Origin: Pyrodictiaceae archaeon
Lineage (GTDB): Archaea > Thermoproteota > Thermoprotei_A > Sulfolobales > Pyrodictiaceae
Direction: 5' to 3'
Assembly: GCA_027036135.1 (NCBI GenBank)
Contig: JALVSY010000007.1
Span: 1,173,480-1,237,479 of the forward strand
Length of the DNA stretch: 64,000 nt
The notes beneath the pieces are model-generated. The model saw only the letters and a list, made by a program, of their open reading frames with translations. It did no database searches and had not been told where the DNA came from. Below, piece after piece: positions 1 to 10,387 of the stretch. The translations under genes were made by a program, and so were the position numbers. Each line of letters opens with the position of its first letter. The stretch's first letter is position 1.

Positions 1-1234
1 CTAGGTCTCGTAGTATCTTCTCAAGGGTTCTCCGCGGCCTAGCGACGAGTAGGCACCTAGCCCGGGAAGAGGCTAGTGCCGAGAGCCTACGGAGAGCAGC
101 GAGCTCCCGTGGGCCTAGTTTCCTGGGCCTAGCCTCTTCCTCTAGGAGGTTCCAATCGTAGCGAGTCCTCCACGCAGCCAGTAGCGCCTCGTACACTGTC
201 TTTGCGGCTCGGTGTAGCTTGCCGGGGGCTGGCCTGTGCCTCGGCAGCTCCTCTACCAGGTCTACTAGGCCGCGTCGGTGCAGCGGGGAGGCTCTCTCCT
301 CTTCCTCGGGGAGCGTTGCGGCCCCAATAGCCTCCCTCATGACGAGGTACATGGGCGCAGCTATAACCAGTGAGGCAGCGGCTAGCGCGCCCGGCAGCGC
401 CTCCAATGCCTTGATTACTCGGTGCTCCTCTGCGCTTAGGTATGAGAGGGCCTCGATTATCAGTATTCCTGGGTGTATCTTGGTTGCCACCTCAGCGGCT
501 GTGTACTCTTGTCGATAGAGATAGAGCGGGACGATGACCGTGGTGTTGCCTGGCTCCGCGCCCGCCAAGCTCATCAACATTGCTACTTCTCCTAGGGGGT
601 TCAGCCCAGTCCCGTTCTCCGCCAATAGCACCGCATTGGTGAGCGCGTCGCTATCCGGTATGTAGACTAGTGTGTAGCTCGAGGAGTTGTAGACGAGTAG
701 GCCTGGGAGCGCGTCGGGGTACGTGTAGCCCTCTATGCGCCACTTACCAGTAGGCTCCGTGACCATCACTGTGTGGAGGGCGAATAGCTCCCCGCTCCTT
801 GTGAATACGACGTAGTCTCTCGGCGAGACACTATAGGTTATGGGCTGGCTTATCCCCAGCAAGCCAGCGAGGGAGGGGGCACAGAGGGACTCGTCGCTAA
901 TCACTATGGAGACGTGCGCCCCGAGGCTAATGAGTCTCTCCACTTCGTTCACGAGCTGCTCGAGGCCTTGGGGGGAGCAGCGAGTAGGATTAGAGACAAG
1001 ATAGACAACACTCATCGAGCCGGTATTGCTTGCACAAGTCTCGAGCACCACGTCGTAGCCAAGCCTGGTCAGTAGCTTCACCAGCAGCGAGGAACCCCAA
1101 GGGGAATCATCATCGGGGCCGCCGATGTGGGTCCCATAGCCTATTGAGAGCCTCACAGCCTTCGGCGCAGCATAGATAGCCGCTACGAGGGCAACGACTA
1201 CTAGCCCTAGGATGAAGAGACGCTCGCCGAGCAA
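1..1234 (-). CDS. DUF4350-like membrane-anchored protein, partial (runs off the left edge)
   Basis: Not in the ORF track. TTG at 1234 reads MLGERLFILGLVVVALVAAIYAA...DDSPWGSSLLVKLL (N-terminal TM then a 'WGxS' motif); the same frame reads ...RTLEKILRDL at the left edge. Directly follows a DUF4129 gene, as in MoxR/DUF58 operons. Confidence 0.65.
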   Translation of the reverse strand, partial: MLGERLFILGLVVVALVAAIYAAPKAVRLSIGYGTHIGGPDDDSPWGSSLLVKLLTRLGYDVVLETCASNTGSMSVVYLVSNPTRCSPQGLEQLVNEVERLISLGAHVSIVISDESLCAPSLAGLLGISQPITYSVSPRDYVVFTRSGELFALHTVMVTEPTGKWRIEGYTYPDALPGLLVYNSSSYTLVYIPDSDALTNAVLLAENGTGLNPLGEVAMLMSLAGAEPGNTTVIVPLYLYRQEYTAAEVATKIHPGILIIEALSYLSAEEHRVIKALEALPGALAAASLVIAAPMYLVMREAIGAATLPEEEERASPLHRRGLVDLVEELPRHRPAPGKLHRAAKTVYEALLAAWRTRYDWNLLEEEARPRKLGPRELAALRRLSALASSRARCLLVARPRRTLEKILRDL

Positions 1235-1236
1235 AG

Positions 1237-4200
1237 CTAGTCCCTTCCTCCAGTGAGCCTCTTGATCGCGTTCCTTATCCTCTCGAGATGCTTCTCCGTG
1301 ACGGGGTGGCTGCTGAACCTAGCCTCCTCGTACGCGAGAGCAGCGTCAGTCATCGTGCTTCTATCTGGCTCGGGGAAGCGGGCAACGTACTCGCGATGAG
1401 TCTCGCTGGGCTTACGGGGCCCATAAATCTGTGCAGCTACTCGTAGCAGCTTATCGAACTCCTTCACTACTCTTTCCCTGAGGCCCCGGGCCTGCTTCTC
1501 CCCGGAGACGCCTAGCCGAGAAGCAACTGGCTCAAGGGCTCTACGCAGCATGACTATCCTCTCAGGTTTCGATGAGAGCCATAAGAGGAGCATAGCGATA
1601 ACCAGTATGGAGCCGAGCAAGACCGCTGCTATACCCGCTACACCGCCCTGGCTAAGCCTGGGCACGCTTAGCCGGGGAGTGTGAAGAGTCATGGGGGCCG
1701 ATGTGTTTCCACTACTTGTCTCTATCCTGCCTTCCCTGTGGACGACGAGGACTTCTTCCCTCGGCTCCTGGCTGTGAAGCATGCTATGGATAAGCTTGTT
1801 CACTGTGCCCGGGTTAAGGTAGTTCAGTAGGGTTGAGACGTTCATCCCGCTCCGGCTTAGCTCTTGCAGGGCCTTGGCTGCCTCCTCGGGGTTGGAGCGC
1901 GTCATGTTCTCTAGTTGCCTTGCTGCCTCGCCTAGCCTTCCCTCCCGTATCAGCTTGATTAACTCGCCCACATCTATGCCCTGGCTGGCTGCTCCCCGGG
2001 CTCCTCTTCCTTGGCTCAGCACCGCGTTGGCTATACTCAGTATGCCTGGCTCGGGGTTCTCCTCGAGGAGGCGATTAAGCCTCTTAACAAGGGGTTTAAC
2101 CACTTGGGGCGGGTTCCCTGTAGATGCTATTCTCTTCGCCAAGGTTCTCGCTGCTGTCTCGTTGCCCTCTACGAGGCTCCTCGCCAGCTCCTCTAGCTCC
2201 TCGGCTAACTGGTTCTCGCCCTGCTTCCTCAGCTCCTGGGCAAGCTCGTCGAGTAACTGCTTAGCAGCAGCCACCTTAGAGGCCTCTTGGCCGCCGAGTG
2301 TCTCTACCTGCTCCAGGGTCTTCAATAGCTCTGCGACGCCTCTCTCTCCTAGGGCCTTCTTTATGAGCTCTGCTTCCTCTCCACCGCTCTCAATGGCTTC
2401 CCGGACCCTCTTCGCCAAGAGGACTGACTGGGGCAGGTTCCCGGTCTCGACACCCGTAGCTATCTTCTCGAGGGTCTCAGCTGCATGCGTGAGCTGTATA
2501 GAGACATTAGCATAGGCAGGCGTCCCTGCCGCTTCTCTTAGCCGGGCTGCTGCCTCCTCTAGGCCTCCTAGGCTCTCCTTGACGAGCACCCTTGTGTTAA
2601 CCGGATAGGGTGTCTGCACTAGTCCTAGGGCCCAGTATGCCAGCACGGGGTTCTTCTCCGAGACCTGTTTAACGGCGCTGCGCAGCTCAGCGACATTGTC
2701 TACTAGGAGCCTTGCTAGCCCCATCGCGTAGGCATAGTTTATGACGAGCCTTCCACCCATTACCCGTATAGAGGCATACCTCGTATAGTAGCCGAGCCAC
2801 TTAACCAGATCCTCGGGGCTTCTTATCTCCCTAGCGGCACTTATGGCCTGGCTAAGGGCAACCGATAATATCGCGTAGCGTAGCGGGTCACTACCCGGTC
2901 TAATACCGGCGCGCCTAGCTATTATCGCGGCATCCGACTGCTCTATGTAGCCTAGCAAGCCACGCTCATAGGTGTTTATAGCGGCTAGGACTATCACGGC
3001 TGGCCATGGATGAGCCACGCTAGTAGCATAGCTAGCTAGTGCTTCAACACCCTTCTCGCTAAGCAGGCTAACCGCTTCCTCGGCCCCCGGCATCGCTATG
3101 CCGCTCGAGCCGAGTATCCAGGGGTCAAGCGGCACAAAGGGATCTAGGACGAGAACCGTGAGAGCTACACTGGTTACATAGCTCGGCGCCAGGGCTATGA
3201 GGGCCGAGGCCTCGCCGCCCACGGTACTCCAGTTAATCGGGTTAAACCCTGCTCTAAGAATTGCTTCTCGTAGCTCGTCGAAGGGCTCGGCACTGGGCAA
3301 GGGGCTACTGGGGCCTCGGAGCAACTTGTCGCGGGGAATGGCTAGGGCGAGGCCGAGGGGCACAGTATACTCCTCGTCACCGATGAGCAGGCGCACAGGG
3401 AGGGCATGGTGGCGGGCAATGTAGCCCAGCACGCTAGGCGCTAGAGCACCAACCCCGCTAACGGTTACGCCTCCTGCTCCTAGCTCTACTACTCGGTTAA
3501 GGAGACGAGAGTATAGAGGGTAAGCAGCGGTGCTGAGCACGGCTAGCGCGGCAGCTCTCACATAGTCTCCTCGGGCAAGGCTCTCATTGACTAACCTCAC
3601 TAATTGCTCTGGCTCGCTAGCCGAGTAGCTAGGAGCAATAATGGCTAGCATCCTCCTAGCCGTGACGGGGCTGAGGCTAGCCGGGTTCACTAGAGCTGCT
3701 ACCAGCTCTAGGCCGGGCTCGTCGAGAAGCAGCACCATTCTCCAGTAATCCTTGTCGGGGACGCCGCTAAGCGCGGCAGTCAGCGCCATGCCGTGGATAG
3801 CGGAGTAGACGTCAACTCCCTTTGCTATCTCTCGGGGGTAGTAGGTGAACACGATGCTCCTCACATCACTGCTTGCCCCGGCGTAGCGTAGGTTGTTAAG
3901 GAGTATTGCTGCTAGGCGCTGAACAATCTTCGCAGGATCAACCACGCCTAGGCCCAGCGGGGTAGGACTCATGGAGGCAACAAGGTATACGTGGTAAAGA
4001 AGACTACTAGGACAACTATACGGCGGAGGACTCGTTGCCAAGAGGGAGACGAGGGTCTCCAACGCGAGTCTCTTCTCGTCAAGGCTAGTATTCGAGGCAA
4101 GGACACTGGCTACCCATAGTGCTCGCTGTGTAGCGTTGCCCGGCCAATTAGTGGTACAGTTAACTAGTGCCTCTAGGTAGCTAGCTGCCTCCCCGTACCC

Positions 4201-4386
4201 TATCACGCCGAGAGTATACTGGGCTAGGAGAGCGCGGAACCGCTTAGCCAGCTGCTCCACAACACCCTGCTCATTCTCGCTAGCAGCTAGTGCTCCCAGC
4301 TCTGAGCCTAGCAGAGCAACCAGAAGCAGTAGCGCGAGTACTACTCGCCTACTAGTCCTCTTCACTGCTATGGCGAGGCCCCTCAT
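1237..4386 (-). CDS. Large signal-peptide, helical membrane protein with C-terminal DUF4129-like domain
   Basis: 1049 aa; N-terminal signal peptide, TM near aa 920, C-terminal PRKPSETHREY...YEEARFS motif typical of DUF4129. Confidence 0.7.
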   Translation of the reverse strand: MRGLAIAVKRTSRRVVLALLLLVALLGSELGALAASENEQGVVEQLAKRFRALLAQYTLGVIGYGEAASYLEALVNCTTNWPGNATQRALWVASVLASNTSLDEKRLALETLVSLLATSPPPYSCPSSLLYHVYLVASMSPTPLGLGVVDPAKIVQRLAAILLNNLRYAGASSDVRSIVFTYYPREIAKGVDVYSAIHGMALTAALSGVPDKDYWRMVLLLDEPGLELVAALVNPASLSPVTARRMLAIIAPSYSASEPEQLVRLVNESLARGDYVRAAALAVLSTAAYPLYSRLLNRVVELGAGGVTVSGVGALAPSVLGYIARHHALPVRLLIGDEEYTVPLGLALAIPRDKLLRGPSSPLPSAEPFDELREAILRAGFNPINWSTVGGEASALIALAPSYVTSVALTVLVLDPFVPLDPWILGSSGIAMPGAEEAVSLLSEKGVEALASYATSVAHPWPAVIVLAAINTYERGLLGYIEQSDAAIIARRAGIRPGSDPLRYAILSVALSQAISAAREIRSPEDLVKWLGYYTRYASIRVMGGRLVINYAYAMGLARLLVDNVAELRSAVKQVSEKNPVLAYWALGLVQTPYPVNTRVLVKESLGGLEEAAARLREAAGTPAYANVSIQLTHAAETLEKIATGVETGNLPQSVLLAKRVREAIESGGEEAELIKKALGERGVAELLKTLEQVETLGGQEASKVAAAKQLLDELAQELRKQGENQLAEELEELARSLVEGNETAARTLAKRIASTGNPPQVVKPLVKRLNRLLEENPEPGILSIANAVLSQGRGARGAASQGIDVGELIKLIREGRLGEAARQLENMTRSNPEEAAKALQELSRSGMNVSTLLNYLNPGTVNKLIHSMLHSQEPREEVLVVHREGRIETSSGNTSAPMTLHTPRLSVPRLSQGGVAGIAAVLLGSILVIAMLLLWLSSKPERIVMLRRALEPVASRLGVSGEKQARGLRERVVKEFDKLLRVAAQIYGPRKPSETHREYVARFPEPDRSTMTDAALAYEEARFSSHPVTEKHLERIRNAIKRLTGGRD

Positions 4387-4445
4387 AGATACATGGTTAC
4401 ACAGGGGACTAGTCTAATCACTCTTTCGCCGCGCTAATCCCTTCC

Positions 4446-5291
4446 TTACTCTCTTGGAAGGAGCTGGGCTAGCGCCACGAGGCCCGCTCCCATGGCGAAC
4501 CTCGTCGTAACCGGCTCGTGGAACAACAAGACCCCCCATGTAACGGCTAGTACTAGCTCGAGCGTCGCTGCGACAGAGGCGCGGTGGGCAGAGACTCCTA
4601 GGCTTAGCCCCTTGTAGAAAAATATGTAGGATAAGTGGCTAATCACTATGGCTAGGTAAGCGACTGCTACGAGACAAGCACTCGTCACCACGACGTTGCC
4701 GCGGATAAGCGCTATGGGCAGCGCCCCGAGCAGGAGCCATAGCTGCACACCAGCAGCAAGCGAGACCGGGTCGAGGCCCCTGGCGAGCCTAGAGGAGGCA
4801 TAGATAGAGGCACCGTACAGAGCACCGCTCAGGAGACCCACAAGGTAACCAATACCAGTTATGGGGCCCCCGGCCTCGGCCTCAAGGGCTATGAGCCCCG
4901 CCCCCGCTAGGACTAGGAGGGAGGCAACAAGCCCCCTGATACACGGCCTCTTCTTCTCCAAGACAAGCTGATAGACAAGGACCCAGAGAGGAGCAGTGTA
5001 GAGCAAAACCTCCTCCCTGGCAACACCGAGGTAGTCCACGCCGTAGTAGAACGAGGCATAGAACGGAGCGAATACGGCAGCGCCGAGAAACACGACCCTC
5101 GTATCAAGGACTACGTGGACCCGATAAACACCGGCCAGGACCCCCAGGACAGTGATAAGCGCGGCTAGTGCCTGCCTGCCGAGCAGGACCCCGCTCGGCG
5201 AGCAGCCCCCAAGGTAGCCATACTTTGTCGCGACAGCTATTGTTGACCAGGTAGCAGCTGCTAGGTATACGTAGAGAATGGCGCGCCGCAT
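4446..5291 (-). CDS. EamA/DMT family transporter
   Basis: 281 aa, about 10 TM helices; LLYTAPLWV and LELVLAVTWGVLLFHE motifs. Confidence 0.9.
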   Translation of the reverse strand: MRRAILYVYLAAATWSTIAVATKYGYLGGCSPSGVLLGRQALAALITVLGVLAGVYRVHVVLDTRVVFLGAAVFAPFYASFYYGVDYLGVAREEVLLYTAPLWVLVYQLVLEKKRPCIRGLVASLLVLAGAGLIALEAEAGGPITGIGYLVGLLSGALYGASIYASSRLARGLDPVSLAAGVQLWLLLGALPIALIRGNVVVTSACLVAVAYLAIVISHLSYIFFYKGLSLGVSAHRASVAATLELVLAVTWGVLLFHEPVTTRFAMGAGLVALAQLLPRE

Positions 5292-5489
5292 CCCAGCCCT
5301 TGCTCCCAGGAGGACCTAGTGAGGCAATGAGGCCTTATAAGGAGCGAGGAGAGGATAAGCTAGTCCACAATTATACTAGGGGAGCCCCGTGGGAACAAGG
5401 CCTCGCCGGGGACAGGTAAGGAGCAATGAGCTTGTGCAGGGGAGTGTTTATAGATATCCACCGATAGCTCCCAGTATTATGGGGCCTCA

Positions 5490-6098
5490 TTGCCACTATG
5501 TAAACCAGTTAAGCTAAGCCCCGATACACGTGTCGATGCCTACGTCTTCGGCCACGTGACCCGGGCATATGGTGTCAAGAGGTACTATGCTGGCTACCCC
5601 GAGGACCTAATCATCATAGACCGGTACATGTACGTAGTCAAGATGCCTATCGGGGTCGCAGAGGACAAGAGGATAAAGATGGTATTCGTGCTAAGAGCCT
5701 ACATCGGCGACAAGGTTATAAGATTCAATGACTGCTGGCTTGTCAGGGTATCAGCACCGTTCCCCATCTATCACCCGCTCAACTTCAAGAGGGCATTGAT
5801 ACCCTACAAGGTCTACAATGGCTGGGTGATGAAGCTTTATCGAAGAAGGATAGACGAGGTAGTGTTCCTCGCGAGCAGCAAGGAGATAGCAGAGGAGATA
5901 TCGTGGAGAATAATGGTTGGTAGACGAGTACGCACCCTGGCTTATCGCTACCTCTACCCGGTTGCGTGCTATAAGTGCCCCAAGAGCCTCCTAGTATACG
6001 ATAAGCCCGTGGAGCGCAGCACATTCTATGCAAAGTACCCCGAGGACTCCCGGGAAGAAGAGACCCCGGGGAAGAGGCTAGCGGGCAAGAAGGCCTAG
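5490..6098 (+). CDS. Hypothetical basic protein
   Basis: 202 aa ORF with host-like codon use; TATA-like TTTATAGA upstream. Confidence 0.65.
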   Translation: MPLCKPVKLSPDTRVDAYVFGHVTRAYGVKRYYAGYPEDLIIIDRYMYVVKMPIGVAEDKRIKMVFVLRAYIGDKVIRFNDCWLVRVSAPFPIYHPLNFKRALIPYKVYNGWVMKLYRRRIDEVVFLASSKEIAEEISWRIMVGRRVRTLAYRYLYPVACYKCPKSLLVYDKPVERSTFYAKYPEDSREEETPGKRLAGKKA

Positions 6099-7094
6099 TT
6101 TCTGAACCATCTCGGGGAGAGGCATGGGCTCCAGGGACCACTTCTTCTCAAGGGGGTTATACATCTCCACCGGTATTATCACGCCAAACCCCGTCGTTAT
6201 CACGCCGGTATAGATTATACAGTCTCCTAGCTTCCTCCTAACAGTCTCCGTCTCCTCGTCCCCGAGCACCATTACTGTCGCAGCTGTCTCCTCTCCCACA
6301 AAGATACTTGGAGAGGAGCGGGTTGAGGCAATGACCTCGTAGAGCTCTGTATAGCAGTCTCGCTTAACCTTCATGTAGAGAGGTATTACGCGGGGATTAT
6401 TTAGGCGGGGTACCGCGAGCAATAATACCCTGCCAATAACCCCTGCCTCGCTTAGCCTGCGATACGCCTTAGACAACTTGCTATAGCTGAGCCGGTGTCC
6501 AGGTATCCTCTTATCCAGTCTCTCCCAGTACACGACATTGATATCCGTGAGGTCCTGGAGAGACATGAGCGGCTCACGGTCTAGGAGAGCGTAGAGCAGG
6601 AGATCCAAGAGGCTAGGCTTGTAGTTCTCTGGTAGTCCCCTTATCCTCGCCACTATATCCTTGCATGGGTAGACGGGTATAGTCACTCCTGGCTCTGGCT
6701 CACCCAGCTTGCTCAGCTCATCGAGGAACTCGTCGAAGAGCTCCCTTGGAGCCAAGTAGCTGTAGACATGCTGGTTATCAAGCGTGGCTCGGTATGAGTA
6801 GAGGTAGCGATATAGCGGCACCTTCCCAACGAGGTCGCGCATCATCCTTATCTCGCCGAGGGGCTTATCAGAGTGAATAACAACGGTTTGCAGCCCGAGC
6901 GGCCTTAGGTCACGTATATGCTGGGGCCAGAGCTCCATGCCTTTCTCTCGTAGCTTCCTCAGTATCTGCCGAACATAGTTCACCGAGGAGTGTAGCCTTT
7001 TAGCTATCAGCTCGGCCTCTAGCCTGAAATCATAGCAGGCTATTAGGTCTGCTACCTCCTTCTCTCGGGGCGTTAGCCAGCTCATACCACTCAA
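6078..7094 (-). CDS. Lrp/AsnC-like tandem HTH transcriptional regulator
   Basis: N-terminal HTH (LIAKRLHSSVNYVRQILRKLREKG) and a second HTH-like segment (LDLLLYALLDREPLMSLQDL...YRRLSEAGVI). Confidence 0.6.
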   Translation of the reverse strand: MSGMSWLTPREKEVADLIACYDFRLEAELIAKRLHSSVNYVRQILRKLREKGMELWPQHIRDLRPLGLQTVVIHSDKPLGEIRMMRDLVGKVPLYRYLYSYRATLDNQHVYSYLAPRELFDEFLDELSKLGEPEPGVTIPVYPCKDIVARIRGLPENYKPSLLDLLLYALLDREPLMSLQDLTDINVVYWERLDKRIPGHRLSYSKLSKAYRRLSEAGVIGRVLLLAVPRLNNPRVIPLYMKVKRDCYTELYEVIASTRSSPSIFVGEETAATVMVLGDEETETVRRKLGDCIIYTGVITTGFGVIIPVEMYNPLEKKWSLEPMPLPEMVQKLGLLAR

Positions 7095-7403
7095 CTCTTA
7101 GGGCACGTGTTTCTCCGAAATACCTTGCTATCTAGCCAGTAAGGGCCAGGGGGCCTTCCTGGGGTGAACGAGAAGGCGCCATCACTATACTTGTCGCTGG
7201 GGCTGTGTTTATGCATTAAGTTTTCAAGAGTGCTTCTTGTATCTGAGAGAAATGCTTAAAAGTTAGCAAATCCTATTCCATAGGCTCTCCATGTCTATAC
7301 CCGGCTCAGTATTGAGGCACAAATAATAGCTAATATCTGAAAATTTAAGCTGGACTAATACTTAAAGCCACTACACCAGTATTCTCTGCCTGGGTGAGCC
7401 TCT

Positions 7404-7784
7404 ATGCCAGGACTACGTCGCGTAAAAGAACTGATAGCATCCCTGCTAAAACGCTACCCGGGACTACGTGAGCGGAGACGCCTACAACTAACATATACTG
7501 CCGTTAAGAGCCTCGAGGAGCGAGGAGAAAAAATCACCCTGGAAAACGTGGTCAAGGAGGCTAGGAGAATAATAGAGGAAACAGGAAAGGACATAGACTG
7601 GGGCATAAAGCCGGACGAGTACACAGAGGAAATAGCTGCTCCTCTCCTCCACGAACTAGCTGAGATGGGCGTCATTGAGTTGTCGCCGGAACTACTAAGC
7701 GAGATCGCTAAGAGGCTGAGAAAGCGAGCCGAGACAGAGACCACACCCATTACGGGAATAGCGGTGTTCACTAGGCCGGTGTAA
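7404..7784 (+). CDS. Hypothetical small protein, possible winged-helix DNA binder
   Basis: 126 aa, charged and helical, with LHELAEMGVIEL wHTH-like end. Confidence 0.6.
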   Translation: MPGLRRVKELIASLLKRYPGLRERRRLQLTYTAVKSLEERGEKITLENVVKEARRIIEETGKDIDWGIKPDEYTEEIAAPLLHELAEMGVIELSPELLSEIAKRLRKRAETETTPITGIAVFTRPV

Positions 7785-7855
7785 CGTGGTTTCTTTTTCA
7801 CAGCGCTTATTTTATCAACCCGGCCTCGCCTTTTCCTCTTACTAGGTGCCTCGTA

Positions 7856-10342
7856 GTGCATAGAGCGGTTCTCCTATCACTACTCGCCGCCGTAGCGTTG
7901 TCCATAGCGGCTCCTGCAGCTAGTGCCTCGGCGAGAAAGGATAACGTAATTATTCTCAGCGGTATCGCTGGGCCCGATGGCCTCGCCTTTGTACACGCTG
8001 TGCTTCCTCCAGGCAAGTACCGTGTCGCCTCTATAGCAGGCGCCGAGGAGTCTCCACGAGCCGCTGCATCGGCGCCTATGCTGCTCAGCTTCCTACCCGA
8101 CCCGTCGCTGTGGCAGCGGCTTAGAGACGTACCAGTAGTGGGGCCACTGTTTACCCCGGTTACGCGCTTCTTCGATACTGGTAGCGGCGTGGAGTTTGTT
8201 GCCTGGATCCCAGCCAAGCCCGGAGCAAGGGTAAGCATTGTATTGGAAAAGCTCGGCTCAGGCAAGACCAGTACAGCTAGGCACGAGGGAATGGTGATAA
8301 TTGTCCCGGATAACCCATTATTACTAGCTGCTGCTAAGAAGATAGCCAGACTACATGAGAAGCAAGGTATCAGTGTAAGGATAGTCACTACCAGCTATAT
8401 CTACCGCAACTACAAGCCAGCGAAGCCCCCGGTAACTATGTGCAAGAACTTGCCAAAAGAGTATAATGTGAGCCTCGCGCTACGAATACTATCCTTTGTC
8501 AAGAGCCTCAAAGGCACCAACGTGAAGTACATATTACTGATAGGTAATGCGAGAGACGTGCCCCCAATATACTACTGTAGCCCAACGCTCCGCGAACTCA
8601 TAGGTCCGAAGGAAGGCATTGTGCCCAGTGATTATTATTACGCCGACCCAGACGGCAATGGGGTAGTGGACTTCGCGGTCGGGAGAATACCATTCAGCGA
8701 CCCCGCGAAAGTGATGGCATACATCAATAGCCTTGAGGCATGGATTAAGGGAGGCAGCTGGCTGCACAAGGCTTTCCTTGCCGGGGGCGCCCCCTTTGCC
8801 ACAGACCTCTTCGTCGGCGAGTCAGCCGTCCTCTCAACACTTAGCGAGATAGGAAGCCTCGGCCTAAAAGTCTCCGAGCTACTGCTGAGCACCCCAGGCT
8901 ACTCCGCTACGAGCTTCTCAGAGTTCATAGGCAAGTATGGTCTCTACTACCTAGTTGTCCACGGCACAGGCAACGCCATGCTCGACTACGTTCCCGGCGG
9001 GCTCTGGAACTACAACTTTGAGGAAAAGCTAACAGCTAAACAAATACCCTACACGAGCCACCCCGGCGTCTACCTCACGCCAGCGTGCCGAGTCGCTTAC
9101 TGGGACTACGACTTATTCAACCCGCCCTTTACTCCACCGAGTATAGCCGTGGCGATGCTTGAGCGCGGAGCAGCTGTAGCGTTCATAGGCCCTAGCCGCG
9201 TAGCGGTGGAGGCGATAGACGCTGTACAGCTAGGGCTAGGCGGTGCCTCTCTCAGCTTCGCTGGGGCCGATGCTCCTCTCCAGCTCTTCCTAGGCATGCT
9301 TCCAGGCTCAGAGACTCTCGGAGAGGCATGGATGAGAGCCCTAAACGCTTACTTGGCATCCCCTAAGAGCAAGTACAAGATCTACCTCACGAGTGGAGAG
9401 GAGGAGATAGGGAGCTTGATAGTCCACGAAATGGAGTTCCTCGGTGACCCCGCAGCCCCTAACCCGTGGAGCAAGGCAACCGGATCCACGGGCACAGTCC
9501 CCGCGATGATTCCTCCCTTGGGCTCGATCAATGTAGATGCCTCGGTGATAGCAATGCCCCTAGCAAGGTACGTCACTGGGGTACTCCCGGCTTATAATCC
9601 TGGCCCAGAGACGAGCATAAGCTTCACAATAAGCCATAGCTGCCCCGAGGACATTGAGGCAAAGGCACTGGTAAGGATAGAGGGCTACCTCCTTATAGGG
9701 CTCCGAGACATAAGGGTAAATGCCTCAGCCACGGACAATGGTTGCAGAGTAACGCTCAGCGTCCCATGGAACTCCCCGGGCGTCGTAAGGGTGCTAGCGC
9801 TGTGGAACAACACTGCTGCTGCCTACTACCTAGTCGTCGCCGGAGCCTACCTAGACAAGGAGCATGATACGCTGGTTCTACGCGGCCTAGACGTCCTAGA
9901 AACCATAGGGGATGAACCTCTGCTCGTGGAGCTAAATAACACCGTGAGAACCGTAGTGCCGGGCGGAGCTACTAGCTACAATATATCACTAGGCCTCCTT
10001 ACTCCGAGGAAACAAGGCCTCTATAAAGTGTCGGTTATACCGGCTTATCGCTACGACGTGATATACGGCGGAGAATTAGTAGCGAAGGCTATTCAAGAGC
10101 TGAGAAGCCTTTATACAGTCACATTTAACAACACGGCGCCCGTCATGGGGCATACAAGTACACCGATGTTCAACGAGAAAAAGCCAAGTATACCATTGTT
10201 ATCAAGCCTGGCATCCACAGGGACAGCTGTACCGAACAAGGAGAAGCCGCTAATGAGCCAAGACTACGCAAAGGCTATAATAGGGCTCCTCTCGATAACG
10301 ATATTCCTCCTCTCGCTCCTGCTTATCACGAGGAGGCACTAG
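7856..10342 (+). CDS. Secreted, C-terminally anchored C25 (gingipain-like) cysteine peptidase
   Basis: Signal peptide; YILLIG..VP, SDYYY..D.DG, AVGRIP; catalytic HG (VHGTG) and AC (TPACRV); C-terminal TM followed by RRH. Confidence 0.85.
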   Translation: MHRAVLLSLLAAVALSIAAPAASASARKDNVIILSGIAGPDGLAFVHAVLPPGKYRVASIAGAEESPRAAASAPMLLSFLPDPSLWQRLRDVPVVGPLFTPVTRFFDTGSGVEFVAWIPAKPGARVSIVLEKLGSGKTSTARHEGMVIIVPDNPLLLAAAKKIARLHEKQGISVRIVTTSYIYRNYKPAKPPVTMCKNLPKEYNVSLALRILSFVKSLKGTNVKYILLIGNARDVPPIYYCSPTLRELIGPKEGIVPSDYYYADPDGNGVVDFAVGRIPFSDPAKVMAYINSLEAWIKGGSWLHKAFLAGGAPFATDLFVGESAVLSTLSEIGSLGLKVSELLLSTPGYSATSFSEFIGKYGLYYLVVHGTGNAMLDYVPGGLWNYNFEEKLTAKQIPYTSHPGVYLTPACRVAYWDYDLFNPPFTPPSIAVAMLERGAAVAFIGPSRVAVEAIDAVQLGLGGASLSFAGADAPLQLFLGMLPGSETLGEAWMRALNAYLASPKSKYKIYLTSGEEEIGSLIVHEMEFLGDPAAPNPWSKATGSTGTVPAMIPPLGSINVDASVIAMPLARYVTGVLPAYNPGPETSISFTISHSCPEDIEAKALVRIEGYLLIGLRDIRVNASATDNGCRVTLSVPWNSPGVVRVLALWNNTAAAYYLVVAGAYLDKEHDTLVLRGLDVLETIGDEPLLVELNNTVRTVVPGGATSYNISLGLLTPRKQGLYKVSVIPAYRYDVIYGGELVAKAIQELRSLYTVTFNNTAPVMGHTSTPMFNEKKPSIPLLSSLASTGTAVPNKEKPLMSQDYAKAIIGLLSITIFLLSLLLITRRH

Positions 10343-10387
10343 CCCGGAGGGGCTTGTTTTTAGACCAGGCACCATTCTAGGCTCTCT

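Noticed and set aside
219-3424. Ser/Ala-rich plus-strand ORFs, and similar antisense ORFs across the window
   Set aside because: Shadows of well-supported genes on the opposite strand
7095-7403. Replication origin next to wHTH genes
   Set aside because: No ORB-like boxes or cdc6; the AT-rich elements are explained by divergent promoters
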